Assembly: GCA_030390025.1 (NCBI GenBank)
Contig: CM059435.1
Coordinates: 102,548,001-102,612,000 of the forward strand
Direction: 5' to 3'
Length of the DNA stretch: 64,000 nucleotides
Origin: Squalus acanthias
Lineage: Eukaryota
Shown here piece after piece: positions 46,499-60,004 of this stretch (the stretch's first letter is position 1; every line of letters begins with the position of its first letter). A program made the position numbers and the translations under genes. A model generated the notes under the pieces. That model was not told where the DNA came from, made no database searches, and saw nothing but the letters and a program-made list of their open reading frames with translations.

Positions 46499-48172
46499 TA
46501 AGAACATAAGAACATAAAAAATAGGAGCAGGAGTAGGCCATTCGGCCCTTCGAGCCTGCTCCGTCATTCACTAAGATCATGGCTGATCTTCTACCTCATC
46601 TCCACTTTCCTGCACTATCCCCATATCCCTTGATTCCCTTAATATCCAAAGATCTATCGATCTCTGTCTTGAATATACTCAACAACTGAGCCTCCACAGC
46701 CCTCTGGGATAGAGAATTCCAAAGATTCACCACCCACTGAGTGAAGAAATTTCTCCTCATCTCAGTCCTAATTGGCCAACCCCTTATTCTGAGATTGTGA
46801 CCCCTGGTTCTAGACTCTCCAGCCAGGGGAAACATCCTCCCTGCATCTACCCTGTCAAGCCCTGTAAGAATTTTGTACGTTTCAATGAGATCACCTCTCA
46901 TTCTTCTAAACTCCAGAGAATATAGGCCTAGTCTACTCAATCTCTCCTCATAGGACAATCCCCCCATCCCAGGAACCGGTCTGGTGAACCTTTGTTGCAC
47001 TCCCTCTATGGCAAGTATATCCTTCCTTAGGTAAGGAGACCAAAACTGTACTCAATACTCCAGGCGTGGTCTCATCAGGGCCCTATATAATTGCAGTAAG
47101 ACGTCTTTACTCTTATACTCAAATCCTCTTGTAATAAAGGCCAACATACCATTTGCTTTCCTAAATGCTTGCTGTACCTACATGTTAATTTTCAGTGATT
47201 CGTGTACAAGGACACCCAGGTCTCTCTGAACAGCAACATTTCCCAATCTCTCACCATTTAAGAAATACTCTGCTTTTCTATTTTTCCTATCAAAGTGGAT
47301 AACTTCACATTTCTCCACATTATATTCCATTTGCCATGTTCTTGCCCACTCAATTAGCCTGTCTATATCCCCTTGAAGCCTCTTTGCATCCTCCTCACAA
47401 CTTACATTCCCACCTAGCTTTGTATCATCAGCAAACTTGGATATTTGGTCCCCTCATCCAAATCATTGATATAGATTGTGAATAGCTAAGGCCCAAGCAC
47501 TGATCCACTAGTTACAGCCTGCCAACCCGAAAATGACCCGTTTATTCCTGCTCTCTGTTTTCTGTCCATTAACCAATCCTCAATCCATGCTAATATATTA
47601 CCCCCAATCCCATGAGCCCTAATTTTGTTTAATAACCTCTTGTGTGGCACCTTATCGAATGCCTTCTGAAAATCTAAATACACCACATCCACTGGTTCCC
47701 CCTTATCTATTCTGCTAGTTACAACCTCAAAAAAACTCTCACAGATTTGTCAAACACGATTTCCCTTTCATACATCCGTGGTAACACTGCCCAATCCTAT
47801 TATTTTCTAAGTGCCCTGTTACCATGTCCTTAATAATAGATTCTAGCATTTTTCCTACTCCTGATGTCAGGCTAACTGGTCTGTAGTTCCCTGTTTTCTC
47901 TCTCCCTCCTTTCTTAAATAGTGGGGTTACATTTGCTACCTTCCAATCTGCGGGAACCGTTCTAGAATCTATGGAATTTTGGAAAATGACAAGCATTGCA
48001 TCCACTATCTTTATAGCCGCCTCTTTTAAAACCCGAGGATGTAGGCCATCAGGTCCAGGGGATTTATCGGCTTTCAAATCCATTAATTTCTCCAGTAATT
48101 TTTTTGACTAATTCTAATTTGTTTCAGTTCCTCATTCTCGCTAGACCCTTGGTTCTCCACTATTTCCAGGAA
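46499..48172 (-). mobile_element. CR1 LINE, 5'-truncated (same subfamily as 29345-31030)
   Basis: ORFs 47739-48083, 47486-47692, 46596-47000; (TAAGAACA)n tail. Confidence 0.95.
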
Positions 48173-50028
48173 TAGATACTGAGGAGATTCAGGTTACATC
48201 GGCATGGCAAAGATTAGGAGAGATATGTCCTGGTTGTAAACATAGGATAGCGAGGAGAGAGCCCAAAATTAGAGGTCCTGTAGTGGGATGAAGTTAACTT
48301 GTAGATAGGGTGGAGTCAGCTTGGAGAATCAATGAACAAATGTCCAGGTTCGGAGACAGTTGTGGGCACTGGCAGACTTCTATCAGAGTTTGCTTGATAG
48401 CAATAAGGAGTGGCAAAACTGCCTGTTTTCCCCTCCCCAATCCACACTCCCAGGCTGAGAACAGCCAGCTAAGCACGGACTGGGAGGTCAAACCTGGGAC
48501 CTTCTTGCTCTGCATGCCCAGTTACTCAATAGGTACATTTCTTCCATTGTTTTTCAATGCTAGTGAGTTTGACCTTTGAGCCTCCACTGAGTTGTCTTAA
48601 AAAAATAAATCTGATCAACACTTTATTTTTTCTAGTGGTTTTTAAATGCCACAGGTTTTTTTAAAACAACATTTATATTGGATCACTGTCACAGCTTTAC
48701 ATTGACTAAACATAACACAAGAATAGACCAAGGGTATTATATCAGTTATTTATTTTGGGGAACAGCGTGCTCTCTTCCAGCCTTCCCTACCCAGAAGATA
48801 GGCTTCACTTGTCTTTGATGACCTAAGCCCAAAAATCGCCTTTGAACTTTTCTGATGAAATGACTGGAATATCCAGAAATATCTCCGCCTCAGGACATTG
48901 GAGCCAGTTCAGTGTATATTAAATCAACCTATTTTATTACTTTTGTTGAGTGGGAAGATCTGAATAGTTAGTATAGGTTCGGCCTATTGACCATGAGTGC
49001 ATGGCGGGCCTACCATGCAGTACGCTAAGATGGAGGAGGCTATAAGCCCATTTCATCCTTTAAATGAGGGCCTGTGGCCTCCCAAGGGGCTTTTTTTTTA
49101 ATGAATATAATGCTCCTGGAATATCTTGGCTGTTTTTCCTGTGAACATTTTCTTTCCATGATTTTCAATCTCAAAATAAGGAAGGATAGCTATATGAGGT
49201 ACGGGAGCAATCAAACCACTTTCCAGAAATGGTGCTGCACAAATGCTAGTCTGAAGAAGTGTAGGGAGTGCTTGTGGTGTCCGGCCCAACAATCCTTCTG
49301 ATACCACCAAAAATGGATGAACTGCTCATTCAGCGCATTGACATCCATTGGACATTGCTAACAGAGAGTGACTACTGCATGACAAGTCACTGCTCTCCAA
49401 AAGTCATTACTTGTGATATAAAACACCATATAAGTGTAAACATGTCTTTCGAAAATTATATACAATACGTTTTGTAGCTCCATAAATTAAGTTACGGGTT
49501 TTTTTTCCACCATATAATTGTCTGGTGCCGCTAACGATTAAAAATACAGTGGAACCATCGTTATCTGCCGTAATGAAGGCAGCAATGGAAGAGAGACTCC
49601 CCGCCAAGGGGATAATAGGTAGTCGAAAGGTCCCAAAATTTGGTCTTGCTTGTATGGTACAGCAAAATCCTTGGGATGGTAATGAAGAAAAATGTAAATA
49701 ACAACATTTGAATTTAATCTCTTTTCGACTATCGGGTTGGCTTATGCCAAACAGGAGGAGATTGGTGCTAGTGGACTGTGGAGTGTGGAGATATCCTGTG
49801 CAAGGGGTGGTCCTGCAAAAATTCTGGCAGAAAATAAGAAAGGGGATAATTGGACGCTCCACTGTGCCATCAATTTTAGGAACTGGAAATCAGGCTGTTA
49901 CCTGAATTTTCTTCTGACCAGTACACCTCTATGCTTATGGCCGGAATACTGAGGCTGAATAGCACTTATCTGCATCCACGTATTAATTTTAATATGTGTG
50001 CAAGGTGGGGCGTTCTGTCGAAGTAGTG

Positions 50029-50491
50029 CATAGAAACATAGAAACTAGGAGCAGGAGTAGGCCATTCGGCCCGTCGAGCCTGCTCCACCATTCAATACGA
50101 TCATGGCTGATCATCCAAATCCAGTACCCTGTCCCTACTCTCTCACACACAGAATCCCCACACAGAATCCCCATCGAGCCTGCACCGACACATATCCCAC
50201 CCTGTCCCCGTAACCCCACATATTTAATTCCCCCTAACATATCCCATCCTATCCCCGTAACCCCACATATTTAATCACCCCCTAACACTAAGGGTCAATT
50301 TATCATAGCCAAATCAACCTAACCCGCACATTTTTGGACTGTGGGAGGAAACCGGAGCACCCGGAGGAAACCCACGCAGACACGGGGAGAATGTGCAAAC
50401 TCCACACAGACAGTCACCCGAGGCCAGATTCGAACCTGGGTCCTTGGCGCTGTGAGGCACCAGTGCTAACCACTATGCCACCGTGTTGCCC
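50029..50491 (-). mobile_element. HE1-like V-SINE with CR1-derived tail
   Basis: tRNA-like head GGGCAACACGGTGGCATAGTGGTTAGCACTG..GGTTCGAATC; V-domain TGTGTGGAGTTTGCACATTCTCCCCGTGTCTGCGTGGGTTTCCTCCGGGTGCTCCGGTTTCCTCCCACA; CR1 tail at 50029-50140. Confidence 0.9.
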
Positions 50492-51576
50492 ACTCACTCA
50501 GGGAGCTGAGTAAGGGTTAACTAACACTGTGTGGGTAAACGAATAGTACACACTGATGCATAACACATGTTGAAGTGACATTGGGGAGGCGTAAATAAGG
50601 AAACACTCGTATATACAGAATGCTGGTGTTAAGGGTAGCTGTGCTGGAGATCACACGGTTTAAAATCACCTGATACATGTTTAGCACTGCAGTAAATGCA
50701 CAGCCACCTACTCCTCATGGGTTTCTGCTTGTGTATTGAAATAAACTTTCAGCTAGAGGTTAATGAAAGCAGAACCCGAAGGACAAAAGAGGAGCCCACG
50801 TGAAAGAAAGTTCCAGGAATTGTAAAGGGCTGTGCACAAAAGGGTGAAGAAGTGCCATGCTGTAGGGTTTTTTGTTTTCATTTCCCCCTTAATTTGTGTA
50901 TGAAATGAGATTGGACAACTGACATGGGGGTAGAAAAAAGCACGATACAAAGAAATTATTTTTAAAAATTATTAAGTCCTTTTCATTACTCAAGTCATAA
51001 ACTCCTCTGTACAGATGAAGTCCTGCTGTAGGATTAAATGAGCATCGCTGGGCAGATGGCATCATTAAAATTCTGAGTTCTGAGCAGCCAGCAATCTTAC
51101 AACCGCACTTTGGAGCCAATCTCATTTAAATCTAGCCTGCTTCACTGTGGGTGCTTTCACAGACGGATGGCTGAAGAGCTTCCTTGCTTCTAAGGGCAAC
51201 CAATGGCTACAATCAGGACCTCTGCTTCCAGGGGGGGAGGAAAGCTGGCAATATCGGAACCTAACTCCTTAGAATGGAAAATGGGGATCTTCTATGTGAA
51301 TAAATATTTAGCCTTTGTCTGCAGAGAGAGTCTGGTGTTATTTAAGTTACTTTATAGAAGAGAGCAAGGAATCAAATGTGTTTTTTATAAAAATTCCTCT
51401 GTCTACCAAGCAATGCGCGCGTGCGAAAACCGCGCAGTAATCTGCAAGGTCCCGCGTAGGCCGCTCACAAGCTTTTACATTGAAAATACCGCACAAATTT
51501 AAAGGGACTGTGCACTGAAAGAAACAGGCCGCGCAAAAACATAGTGCAGCCTACAGGGAACATTGCTACCAAGTGA

Positions 51577-51960
51577 CAGCTGTGGCTCAGTGGGTTCAAG
51601 TCCCACTCCAGAGACTTGAGCACAAAAATCTAGGCTGACACTCCAGTGCAGTGCTGAGGGAGTGCTGCCTGTCGGAGGTGCCGCCTTTCGGATAAGGCGT
51701 TAAACCGTGGGCGTAAAAGATCCCATGGCACTATTTCGAAGAACAGCAGGGGAGTTACCCCCAGTGTTCTGGCCAATCTTTATACCTCAATCAACATCAC
51801 AAAAACAAATTATCTGTTTGTGGGAGCTTGCTGTGCGCAAATTGCCATGTTTCCTACATTACAACAGTGACTACACTTCAAAAGTACTTCATTGGCTGTA
51901 AAACACTTTGAGACATCCTGAGGTCGCGCAAGGCGCTGTATAAATACAAGTCTTTCTTTT
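51577..51960 (+). mobile_element. Deu-domain SINE (same family as 14577-14960)
   Basis: GTGGCTCAGTGG..GGTTCAAGTCCCACTCCAGAGACTTGAGCAC..GTCGGAGGTGCCG..AAGGCGCTGTATAAATACAAGTCTTTC. Confidence 0.8.
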
Positions 51961-52569
51961 TTACCAGTTTAACCTGTTTAAAATAAACAGTTTAATAAAT
52001 GACAGGCAAAGGACTTCCATACAAACATGTGTCCTTTACCAATATTGGGAAACATGATTTCAACAGCATAGATTTTAATATTACATATTACCAACAACTT
52101 TTCTTTTACCAAAAAGATAGCTGCTATAAGGCAGGAAATAGCCCTATCAATCCCACTGTTGAAGATGTAGGCAGTAGCAAGGTACATTTCTGCTAATTTT
52201 ATAAATACAGATCATTGAATTGTCTACCAAGCTCTTAACTTGTTTATTTTTTCTGGTAATACATCCTAGAAATTATACTGGAAAACAAAATGTCTTCACA
52301 GGCCACCTGCTTATCCTTGTATGGTTAGATTTACATTTCTTGTGTCTGTCATGTATGTTCAGGCTGTCATCTATGTCATGACTGCCATGTCTCTGTCAAT
52401 TTGCATTTTCCTGTTGGCTAAGTGTCTGTATTCTTATTTTTTGGTATTCATCAATCATATGTACAAAACAATTCTTCCTAATTTCACATTCTCCAGCCAA
52501 CCACATTTGAGGGGGGAAAAAATTGAAACACCAGACATGACAGTTCCTCTTTCCACCCACCCCACCATA

Positions 52570-53571
52570 GAGTCATGGTCATACGGCACAGAAGGAGGCC
52601 ATTCAGCCCATCGAGTCCATGCCGGCTCTCTGTGGAGCAATCCAGTCAGTCCCACTCCCCCGCTCTATCCCCGTAGCCCTGCAAGTTTATTCCCCTCAAG
52701 TGCCTATCCAGTCTCCCCTTGAAAACATTGAGTGTCTCCACTTCCACCACTTCCGTCGGCAGCGAATTCCAGGTCATCACCACTCTGCGTAAAAATGTTT
52801 TTCCTCACATCCCCCCGTATCTCTTGCCCAAAACCTTAAATCTGTGTCCTCTAGTCCTTGTACCATCAACTAGTGGGAACAGCCTTTCCTCGTCTAGCCT
52901 ATCCAAACCCGTCATAATCTTGTACACCTCTATCAAATCACCCCTCAACCTCCTTTGCTCTCCAACCTGCCCTTATAGCTAAGATCCCCCATCCCCGGAA
53001 TCATTCTGATAAATCTCCTCTGCACCCTCTCGAGGGCCTTCATATCCTTCCTAAAGTGTGGTGACCAGAATTGGAGACAATATTCCAGTTGTGGCCCAAC
53101 CAGCGCTTTATAAAGGTTCAGCATAACTTCTCTACTTTTGTACTCAACACCTCTATTAATGAAGCCCAAGATCCCATATGCTTTGCAAACCACTCTCTCA
53201 ATATGTTCTGTCACCTTCAGGTACCTATGCACGTTAACTCCCAGGTCCCTCTGTCCCTGCACGCTCTTTAAAACTGTGCCATTAAGTGTATATTTCCTCT
53301 CCCTGTTTCTTCTGCCAAAATGTATCACCTCACACTTCTCTGTATTAAATTCCATCTGCCACTTGTCTACCCATTCTGCTAGCCTTTCTATGTCCTGTTG
53401 CAGTCGATTGATATCATCCTCACTGTTTGCCACACCCCCAAGTTTGGTGTCATCGGCAAATTTAGAAATTCTACTCTGTATTCCAATATCCAGGTCATTT
53501 ATATATATCAAAAAAGCAGTGGCCCTAGCACTGACCCTTGGGGAACACCACTGTCTACCATCCTCCAGTCT
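52570..53571 (-). mobile_element. CR1 LINE fragment flanked by a 36-bp direct repeat
   Basis: FADDTKLGG..WQMEFNTEKC..LEYC; flanks 52534-52569 and 53572-53607 match at 35/36 positions. Confidence 0.9.
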
Positions 53572-53957
53572 GACATGACAGTTCCTCTTTCCCCCCACCC
53601 CACCATAACCTAAACTAAAAGGTAAACATAAAATATTCACATAAATCATAAACATAACCATTAACTCCGCTCCAATTCCTCTCCCCTTATGATTTCCTGA
53701 ACTTCGAGTCCAGCCTTCTCACCCATACCTAACCATCTCCACACAATTACCTAACGTTCCATGTTCAGAGACCCCAACGTAAACCAACAAACTGCATGTT
53801 CACGGGAAAGACTACAATTCCTATGAACTATTGCATGGCTGGGGCTCAAACCCATAAAAAAGGATACACTTTTTTCATGTAACACAGACTCCCTGGGACA
53901 TGCATGCACAGGGATTCTGTCTCCAGTGAATGAGCTCCTGGCTTTATTTCAGTAATG

Positions 53958-54083
53958 GGGGTAAATTTTCATCTTCACCGTCTGGGTGATCACCTGGTGG
54001 GACAGAACCTCTGCCCTTTGTAAAACCTGTCTGATTTTCATTCCATGATTGCCATTCAGGGGGTGAAGATGAAAATTTACCCC
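53958..54083. mobile_element. Short MITE
   Basis: Perfect 22-bp TIR GGGGTAAATTTTCATCTTCACC; flanks ATG/ATA. Confidence 0.85.
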
Positions 54084-55332
54084 ATAGTGTTGAGAGAAGG
54101 GAAAGGGATCGATCCAATTGAGGGTGGATGGGAGAGGAAGAGAGCCCTTGAGAGGGAAAGAGAGAGCTAAAGATACAGTGGCTGATTTTGGTGTGGGGGG
54201 CAGATGGGGGCAGAGCATCTTCTCCGTTTGCTTAATAACGTTGGCAGGAGGCCCGATTGATTTTGGTTGTTATAGCCACATTTAAATAGAAAAGGCGAGC
54301 TATCAGTGAGCTGCTTATAGGGAGCTTGACATTTGGAAAGGCAGGAAATCTGGCAGGACAAATGCCCAACATTGGCATACAGCTGCACCTTAAAGGAAGC
54401 AGCGGGAGTTAAATAGAGCGGCAGACTTCAGCAGCGGAGAAATTTTATGAGCACACACGCCAGCAAGGAGATGGACTTTAAGGCTCCGAACTCTCAGGAG
54501 ATTGAAGAAAACATGTACCAGACCTGCTTCAGCTTTTCCTGACTGCAGCTAAAAATCTCTTTAAAGCATGCTATAATGGCCTCCTCCTGACCTGTACCGC
54601 CCATGGTTTCTGGGCAGGTTAAGAAAGTAACACTGCAGTGCTGACTGACAGAAAACTGGCACTGGGGTCCAGACAATGTCAGCGGACTCCTGCTTGAATA
54701 TTTTAATTATTCTCCCACCTGATTCCATTTACAGTTGTAAATGGTGGAGTAGTGAGACAAGAATTGGCCCCACTTTCTTGGAGACCTGATTTGGGGGCTA
54801 GAAAGACACTGGTGGTATGTGGAGGGAAGAAAGGTGCATTATTTAGAGTGGGGCAAGAAGAGAGGAGATGCATTGTTGTGGGAGATGGATAGAGAAAAAC
54901 TGCTTGGAGGTGGGAGGAGATGGAGGAAAAGAATAGAGCCAGGTTAGCACACTGGGCAGGCTCGAGGGGCCGAATGGCCTACTCCTGCTCCTATTTCTTA
55001 TGTTCTTAAAGCCAGAGATGCTTAAGTAGGATTATCTCTTGACCCGAAGAGCCAAAACTGAAGCTGAGCTACTCTAAGTAAACAAAACACATATCAAACA
55101 CCAATATTTGTTGGTGACGTCTGGAACAATGAGACAGTGGTCACATTTACATGTAACATTTATCCTCATTCTCAGCGTAATGGATCTGTGAACTAGTGAG
55201 CAGGTGGTGCCAAGAGGCTGCAAAGAAACTAGGGGATGTAACTGGAAGGGTGCAAATGTTATGTTGTTTCAACAGCTACACCGTTTTAGTCTCTCTACCA
55301 ATTGTTCGATGGTTGCTGGAGTGTTCTGATCA

Positions 55333-55710
55333 AGTGGTAATGTTACTGGACTAGTAAGCCAGAGGTCTGGACAAATAATCCAGTGACAAGAGTTCAAATC
55401 CCACCATGGCAGCTGGGGAATTTAAATTCAGTTAATTAAATAAATCTGGAATAAAAAGCTAGCGTCAGTAATGGTGACCACAAAACTTGTCGTAAAAACC
55501 CATCTGGTTCACTAATGTCCTTTAAGGAAGGAAATCTGCCGTCCTTACCCGGTCTGGCCTATATGTGACTCCAGACCCACAGCAATGTGGTTGACTCTTA
55601 ACTGCCCTCTGAAATGGCCTAGCAAGCCACTCAAGGGCAATTAGGGATGGGCAATAAATGCTGGCCTTGCTGCCAGCGACGCCAAATCCCCATGAACAAA
55701 TTTAAAAAAA
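55333..55710 (+). mobile_element. tRNA-derived SINE (family of 2601-3195)
   Basis: AGTGGTAATGTTACTGGACTAGTAA..GAGTTCAAATCCCACCATGGCAG..GGGCAATTAGGGATGGGCAATAAATGCTGGCC tail. Confidence 0.85.
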
Positions 55711-56423
55711 AGTGAGCCCTCATATGATTCAGCTCACATTCAAATCAAGGACATAAATTCACTGGAGCATGAATTTGTGGCATCCACCATATAGATTTTA
55801 AATACCAAACTTAGTCCAAGCCCAGCATAGGAACAGCAACAGGAGCAGCTCAAGCTTTTTTCATGGCTTGGCTTTATCTAGCAAAGAGCACATCAGTTCA
55901 AAGTGGAAGTGTTGATTTTGGAATATATTATGTATAGATTAATTACTTGTTAAGAAATATGGAAGCATTCTTATTCCCCCAAATTAAAATATCTAACCAG
56001 GTTGACAACTCTTCGTGTTAAATGAAGAAATTTAGTTTGTAGGCCTTAGTCCTGAAATTGTGAGCTTCTGTATCCAGAGGACTGGATTCTCTCAATTTCA
56101 GGGCTAAACAATATATTAAAATTAATGGCCAGAACATTGGGAGTGCTGTGAATGAAGCACACTGATCTCCATGCTTAATCCTCCAATGTGTGCTTCCGTT
56201 GAGCGAGACTCCACACTGGGAGCAGACCTGGAAATTTTCAGGACTGTAATTTCTACTTCACAATATTCTACATAAAAATATATAAATGTTAACATTCATA
56301 TTTACAGATGTGAATAGAAAAGAAATATTTTGCCTCACTGGGAAATAGGTATATTACAGACAAATTAAAGTTGGAAATCTTAATACAGTGATTAATTCTG
56401 GCAGAGTCAAGAAAAACACTAAC

Positions 56424-56605
56424 CTTTCCTGAAGATTGAATGCCTTTAATCATGGCAAGACACACCATAAGCCAAGCTATGAAGAGGCAGATAGTCATCT
56501 TCCAGTTCAGACCACCACTCTCTGAGATGGAGTTCGATATATCCAGCGCTTCTCTATACCAGAAATAGGTAGTGGCGGAGCTTTTTTCACATTCAGGCAC
56601 AACAA
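56424..56605 (-). CDS. slc6a15: slc6a15 coding exon 4 (182 nt)
   Basis: TTTCAG|[36 protein letters not shown]|GTTAGT. Confidence 0.95.
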
Positions 56606-56698
56606 CTGAAACAAACCGAAAGACATCACATTGTTTCCATCGCTTAACACACAATGGCATCTTGTGTAATAACAGGACACCTGCTGTTGTATACTCAC

Positions 56699-56825
56699 AG
56701 GTCTTGGTGCCATTTTTCTCCAAGGGACACTGATCCCAGGGCAGTGGATGCTGAAAGGACTTGGACAAGTAAAAGAAGCTCCAGCCAATAATGACATTGT
56801 AGTACAGAGCTACAAAGAAGCACAC
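56699..56825 (-). CDS. slc6a15: slc6a15 coding exon 3 (127 nt)
   Basis: TTGTAG|[43 protein letters not shown]|GTGAGT. Confidence 0.95.
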
Positions 56826-57823
56826 CTACAATCAAAACACCAAGATGTATTTTACAATCCTTTCATTCTAATAACAAAAATTCAGTGGGGTATCTTATAG
56901 TTATTAATATTTTGAAAATTTTCCTTATCATTTAGAACAATTATAATCTGCAAATTATGCTGTGCAATATTATTATCCAAATACTTAATGTAGACATATC
57001 AAATTCCTTTTAACGCAGAGCTGACGCCTGTTAAAGTAGAGATTTGACATGAATGCACAAAATTAAAGCATTCTATGTTTTCCAGTTTTCTATATCGAAT
57101 AAATTTCTTGTGCCTGTTGAGTCATGACCATCAAAGAAACGGGTTTGTTATCTATAATGTGACTTTCAATGAATTAAAAGAAATCACATTAGTAGCCTAT
57201 TCCACTTATTTAATTAATTAGTCACTAATGAAAAGGGGGCAGCAATTTTATTTACATCTGATCTGATCTTTAAGTGCAGAAAAACAATAAGCACTCTGCA
57301 TTATTTTGCATAGCTGCCCCTTTTTAATATGCAGCATTTTAACGAAACGTGAGACCTTTGAATAAATCAGTGGGAGTGTGAAAGTAAAGATGGGTTGTGT
57401 CAAAGTGGGAGGAAGTCAGTGCTGTGCATTGTGTATATGAAGGGCAACTGAGAGATTGGAGTAGCAATACAGCTTCACCAGGAACGTGCATTCTGGTATA
57501 TGCATTTATATGTATCTCTTATATTTCTAAAAGTTTTGGAACACATTCATCACACTTCCTGTGTCACGCTGTCACACATGCAAATTTCTGTTTCACACTT
57601 AAAAAATAAAGCCAATTATTTCTAAAGTACAGATAATCTTCCCCGCTAGAAATAAAACAATAAATATTTTCTAATTGATTTCAGGAGTCGCAGTTTAAAA
57701 AGTATAGAAAAACGAAAGCTAATCCGGCCTGTAATTGGCCTAAAGATGTCTAATAACAATTAGTTTCTAATTGACCAAGAAGGTACAGCAATGACATCTT
57801 GTAGCCTTAAAGGGACACATTAA

Positions 57824-58506
57824 GGCCCCGATATTTTCTCGGGGCTGGGAGGGGGGCGGGTGCCGGTTGGATTTTTGGAAGTAAAACCCGGAAGTGTGGG
57901 TTTCCCGGATGTACTGCAGAAATTAACCGCAGGACGTTGTTAAAAATGTTTTCAACAGGTCAGATTCAGAGGCTGGCTGTCTGTTGGGCGGGAAAGCTGC
58001 AGGAGAGCGAATGCCAGGTAATCCTGACATCGCTAGGGGGTTGGGCCAGACCAAACAACACAGGAGGGATGGGGGAGAAATCGTGCATCATGTGGGGCTC
58101 GGACATCGGGAGTCAAATCGGAGATCGCATAGGGATCGGCTGATCATGGGGGTCCGATCGCGTTGAGGTAAGCTTGTTAGGCCTGGGGGAAACAGTCCTG
58201 CTCCTCCTTGCCCAAAAGCAGTGCAATAAAGACACTTGCCTCATGGTTCCAGCTCTTCTCGCCTCCTTTTATCTGTCGGGATTCCCGAGGCCCGGGATCC
58301 CTGGCCTCTGTGTTGAAAATTTAAATCCAGATAAAATAGAGGCAGGCAGCCTCCTTAAAAGATTTGTGAGCGACCCACCTCCTGAGAGCGGATTGGTCGC
58401 CCAGCCCCCAACCATTAAAACCAGAAGTGGATGGGTTGGGGTCGGGTTTGAGAATTTTTAATTTTTTTACCTTGCCACCCGCCCTTGGGGGTTAAAATTC
58501 CCCCCC
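57824..58506. mobile_element. Harbinger-like MITE
   Basis: GGCCCCGATATTTT / AAAATTCCCCCCC termini with TSD TAA on both sides; same family as 60621-61399. Confidence 0.75.
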
Positions 58507-60004
58507 TAAGTTACACACAGCTGCACTTCAGCAGCAGAATAATACTGTGTGTTGCACAGTATAATGCTCCTGTCCTTTTAAAATAATGTAACCTCCAATA
58601 CTCTGAACAGCGCTATGGGACATGTATTTCCCAAGGTACTGCCGACATTCAGAGAATACGCTGATTTACACCAATAAATGTAAAATGTATCCGGATCACT
58701 GATTTATGGTGATTGAATCAGTCAGACTGCATTTTTATTGCACTCTATTATGGGAGATTTGGTGGTATTTTCCAGTTTGAATGGGTACATCCATATTTTC
58801 ATGGAATTGTAAATCAGTGGGTCTTGATCATTCTCTGTTCATTTAGCTATGCATTGAATTTTATGCCTTAAATTTTTTAAAACCCAGGATATATAGGAAG
58901 ATGATAAAGTATCCCGGTTTATAGATCAGTAAGGGTGATGTTGGGAGAGCGGTTCTGGAGTCTGGGACTCCTGGGAGAGGGGCATGAGAGGATCAAAGGG
59001 TTGTTGAGTTTTGGGAGTATTACGGAGAGGGGGGTCCTTGGGTCTGGGAGTTGTGGGAGTGAGGGGTCTAGGGTATGGGAGTTGGAAGATGGGAATCTAG
59101 AAGTAGAGGAAGGGAGTTGCTAAGGTGTGGCTGTGTTGGGAGGTTGGTCTTGGGATCTAGGAGAATTGTAATTGGGTGTGGAGCCATGGGAAGGGGGTCC
59201 CGGGGACTAGCAAAATTGGGAGTGAGATTCCCGGAAGTGGGGATGGGAACATTGACAGGGAGGTCATGGGACATGAGAGCACTGGTGGGTTTCCAGGGTC
59301 TGGGAGCAATGGGAGATGTATGGTGACTTTGTCAGTAATAAAGTATAGGCATACTATATTTACTGACATACAGTGTATATGCTCTAAGCTCTCAACTCAG
59401 TGCCAAGAAGACCTTTTGTGGCAACCTGCCCCTGCTCGCAGAAAGGCCCTATTGCCATGTTCCCGGATATGACCTGGATACCAGCTTGAAGTTCTTTAAA
59501 GCACTTAAGATGCTTTTACTAGCTCAATAAAAATGCAGCAAATGCCTTGAAGAAGTTAGTGCTGGCTCCCAGTTCACAGCTGAGAAAGTGGCAATCTGCT
59601 CTTCCTTGGAATGGGTGGTAGATCGGCAGCAGGGAGAGGGGACAACTACTGGCCTTTAGGTGGGGCAGATTGGAAGCAGGGAGATGGCATCAATTCTCAG
59701 GGTGGATCGCGAATAGGGAAAGAAAATTGGGTAGCAGCCAACAGCGGGGAGAGACAGCAAGGTTTCAAATCAACGGCCTGATTTTCATATGCCTCCGGCA
59801 AATGGAACTATTGAAAACAGTGCAACCTGCAGCTTGAAGATGCAAATTGGCAGCTCGGGGGACTGGGGTTCAAGTGAGTCACACGGGAAGAATAAACCAA
59901 TGAGGGGTAACTAGAAGAAATACAGCTATAAATAGGAAGTTTAACAAGAAAGCTTGAGAGTTATTGTGTTGTGCCTTTTTGTCCCTCCATTTTTCATGTC
60001 ACCT

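Larger units (their letters stand above)
44574..48350 (-). mobile_element. Fragmented L2 LINE hosting later insertions
   Basis: Tail AACAACAACTTGCATTTAT at 44576; L2-like pieces at 45093-46498 and 48175-48350, reverse-complementary in part to 16570-17040. Confidence 0.7.

Noticed and set aside
50400-50491. tRNA gene
   Set aside because: A/B boxes belong to a SINE head; no complete cloverleaf
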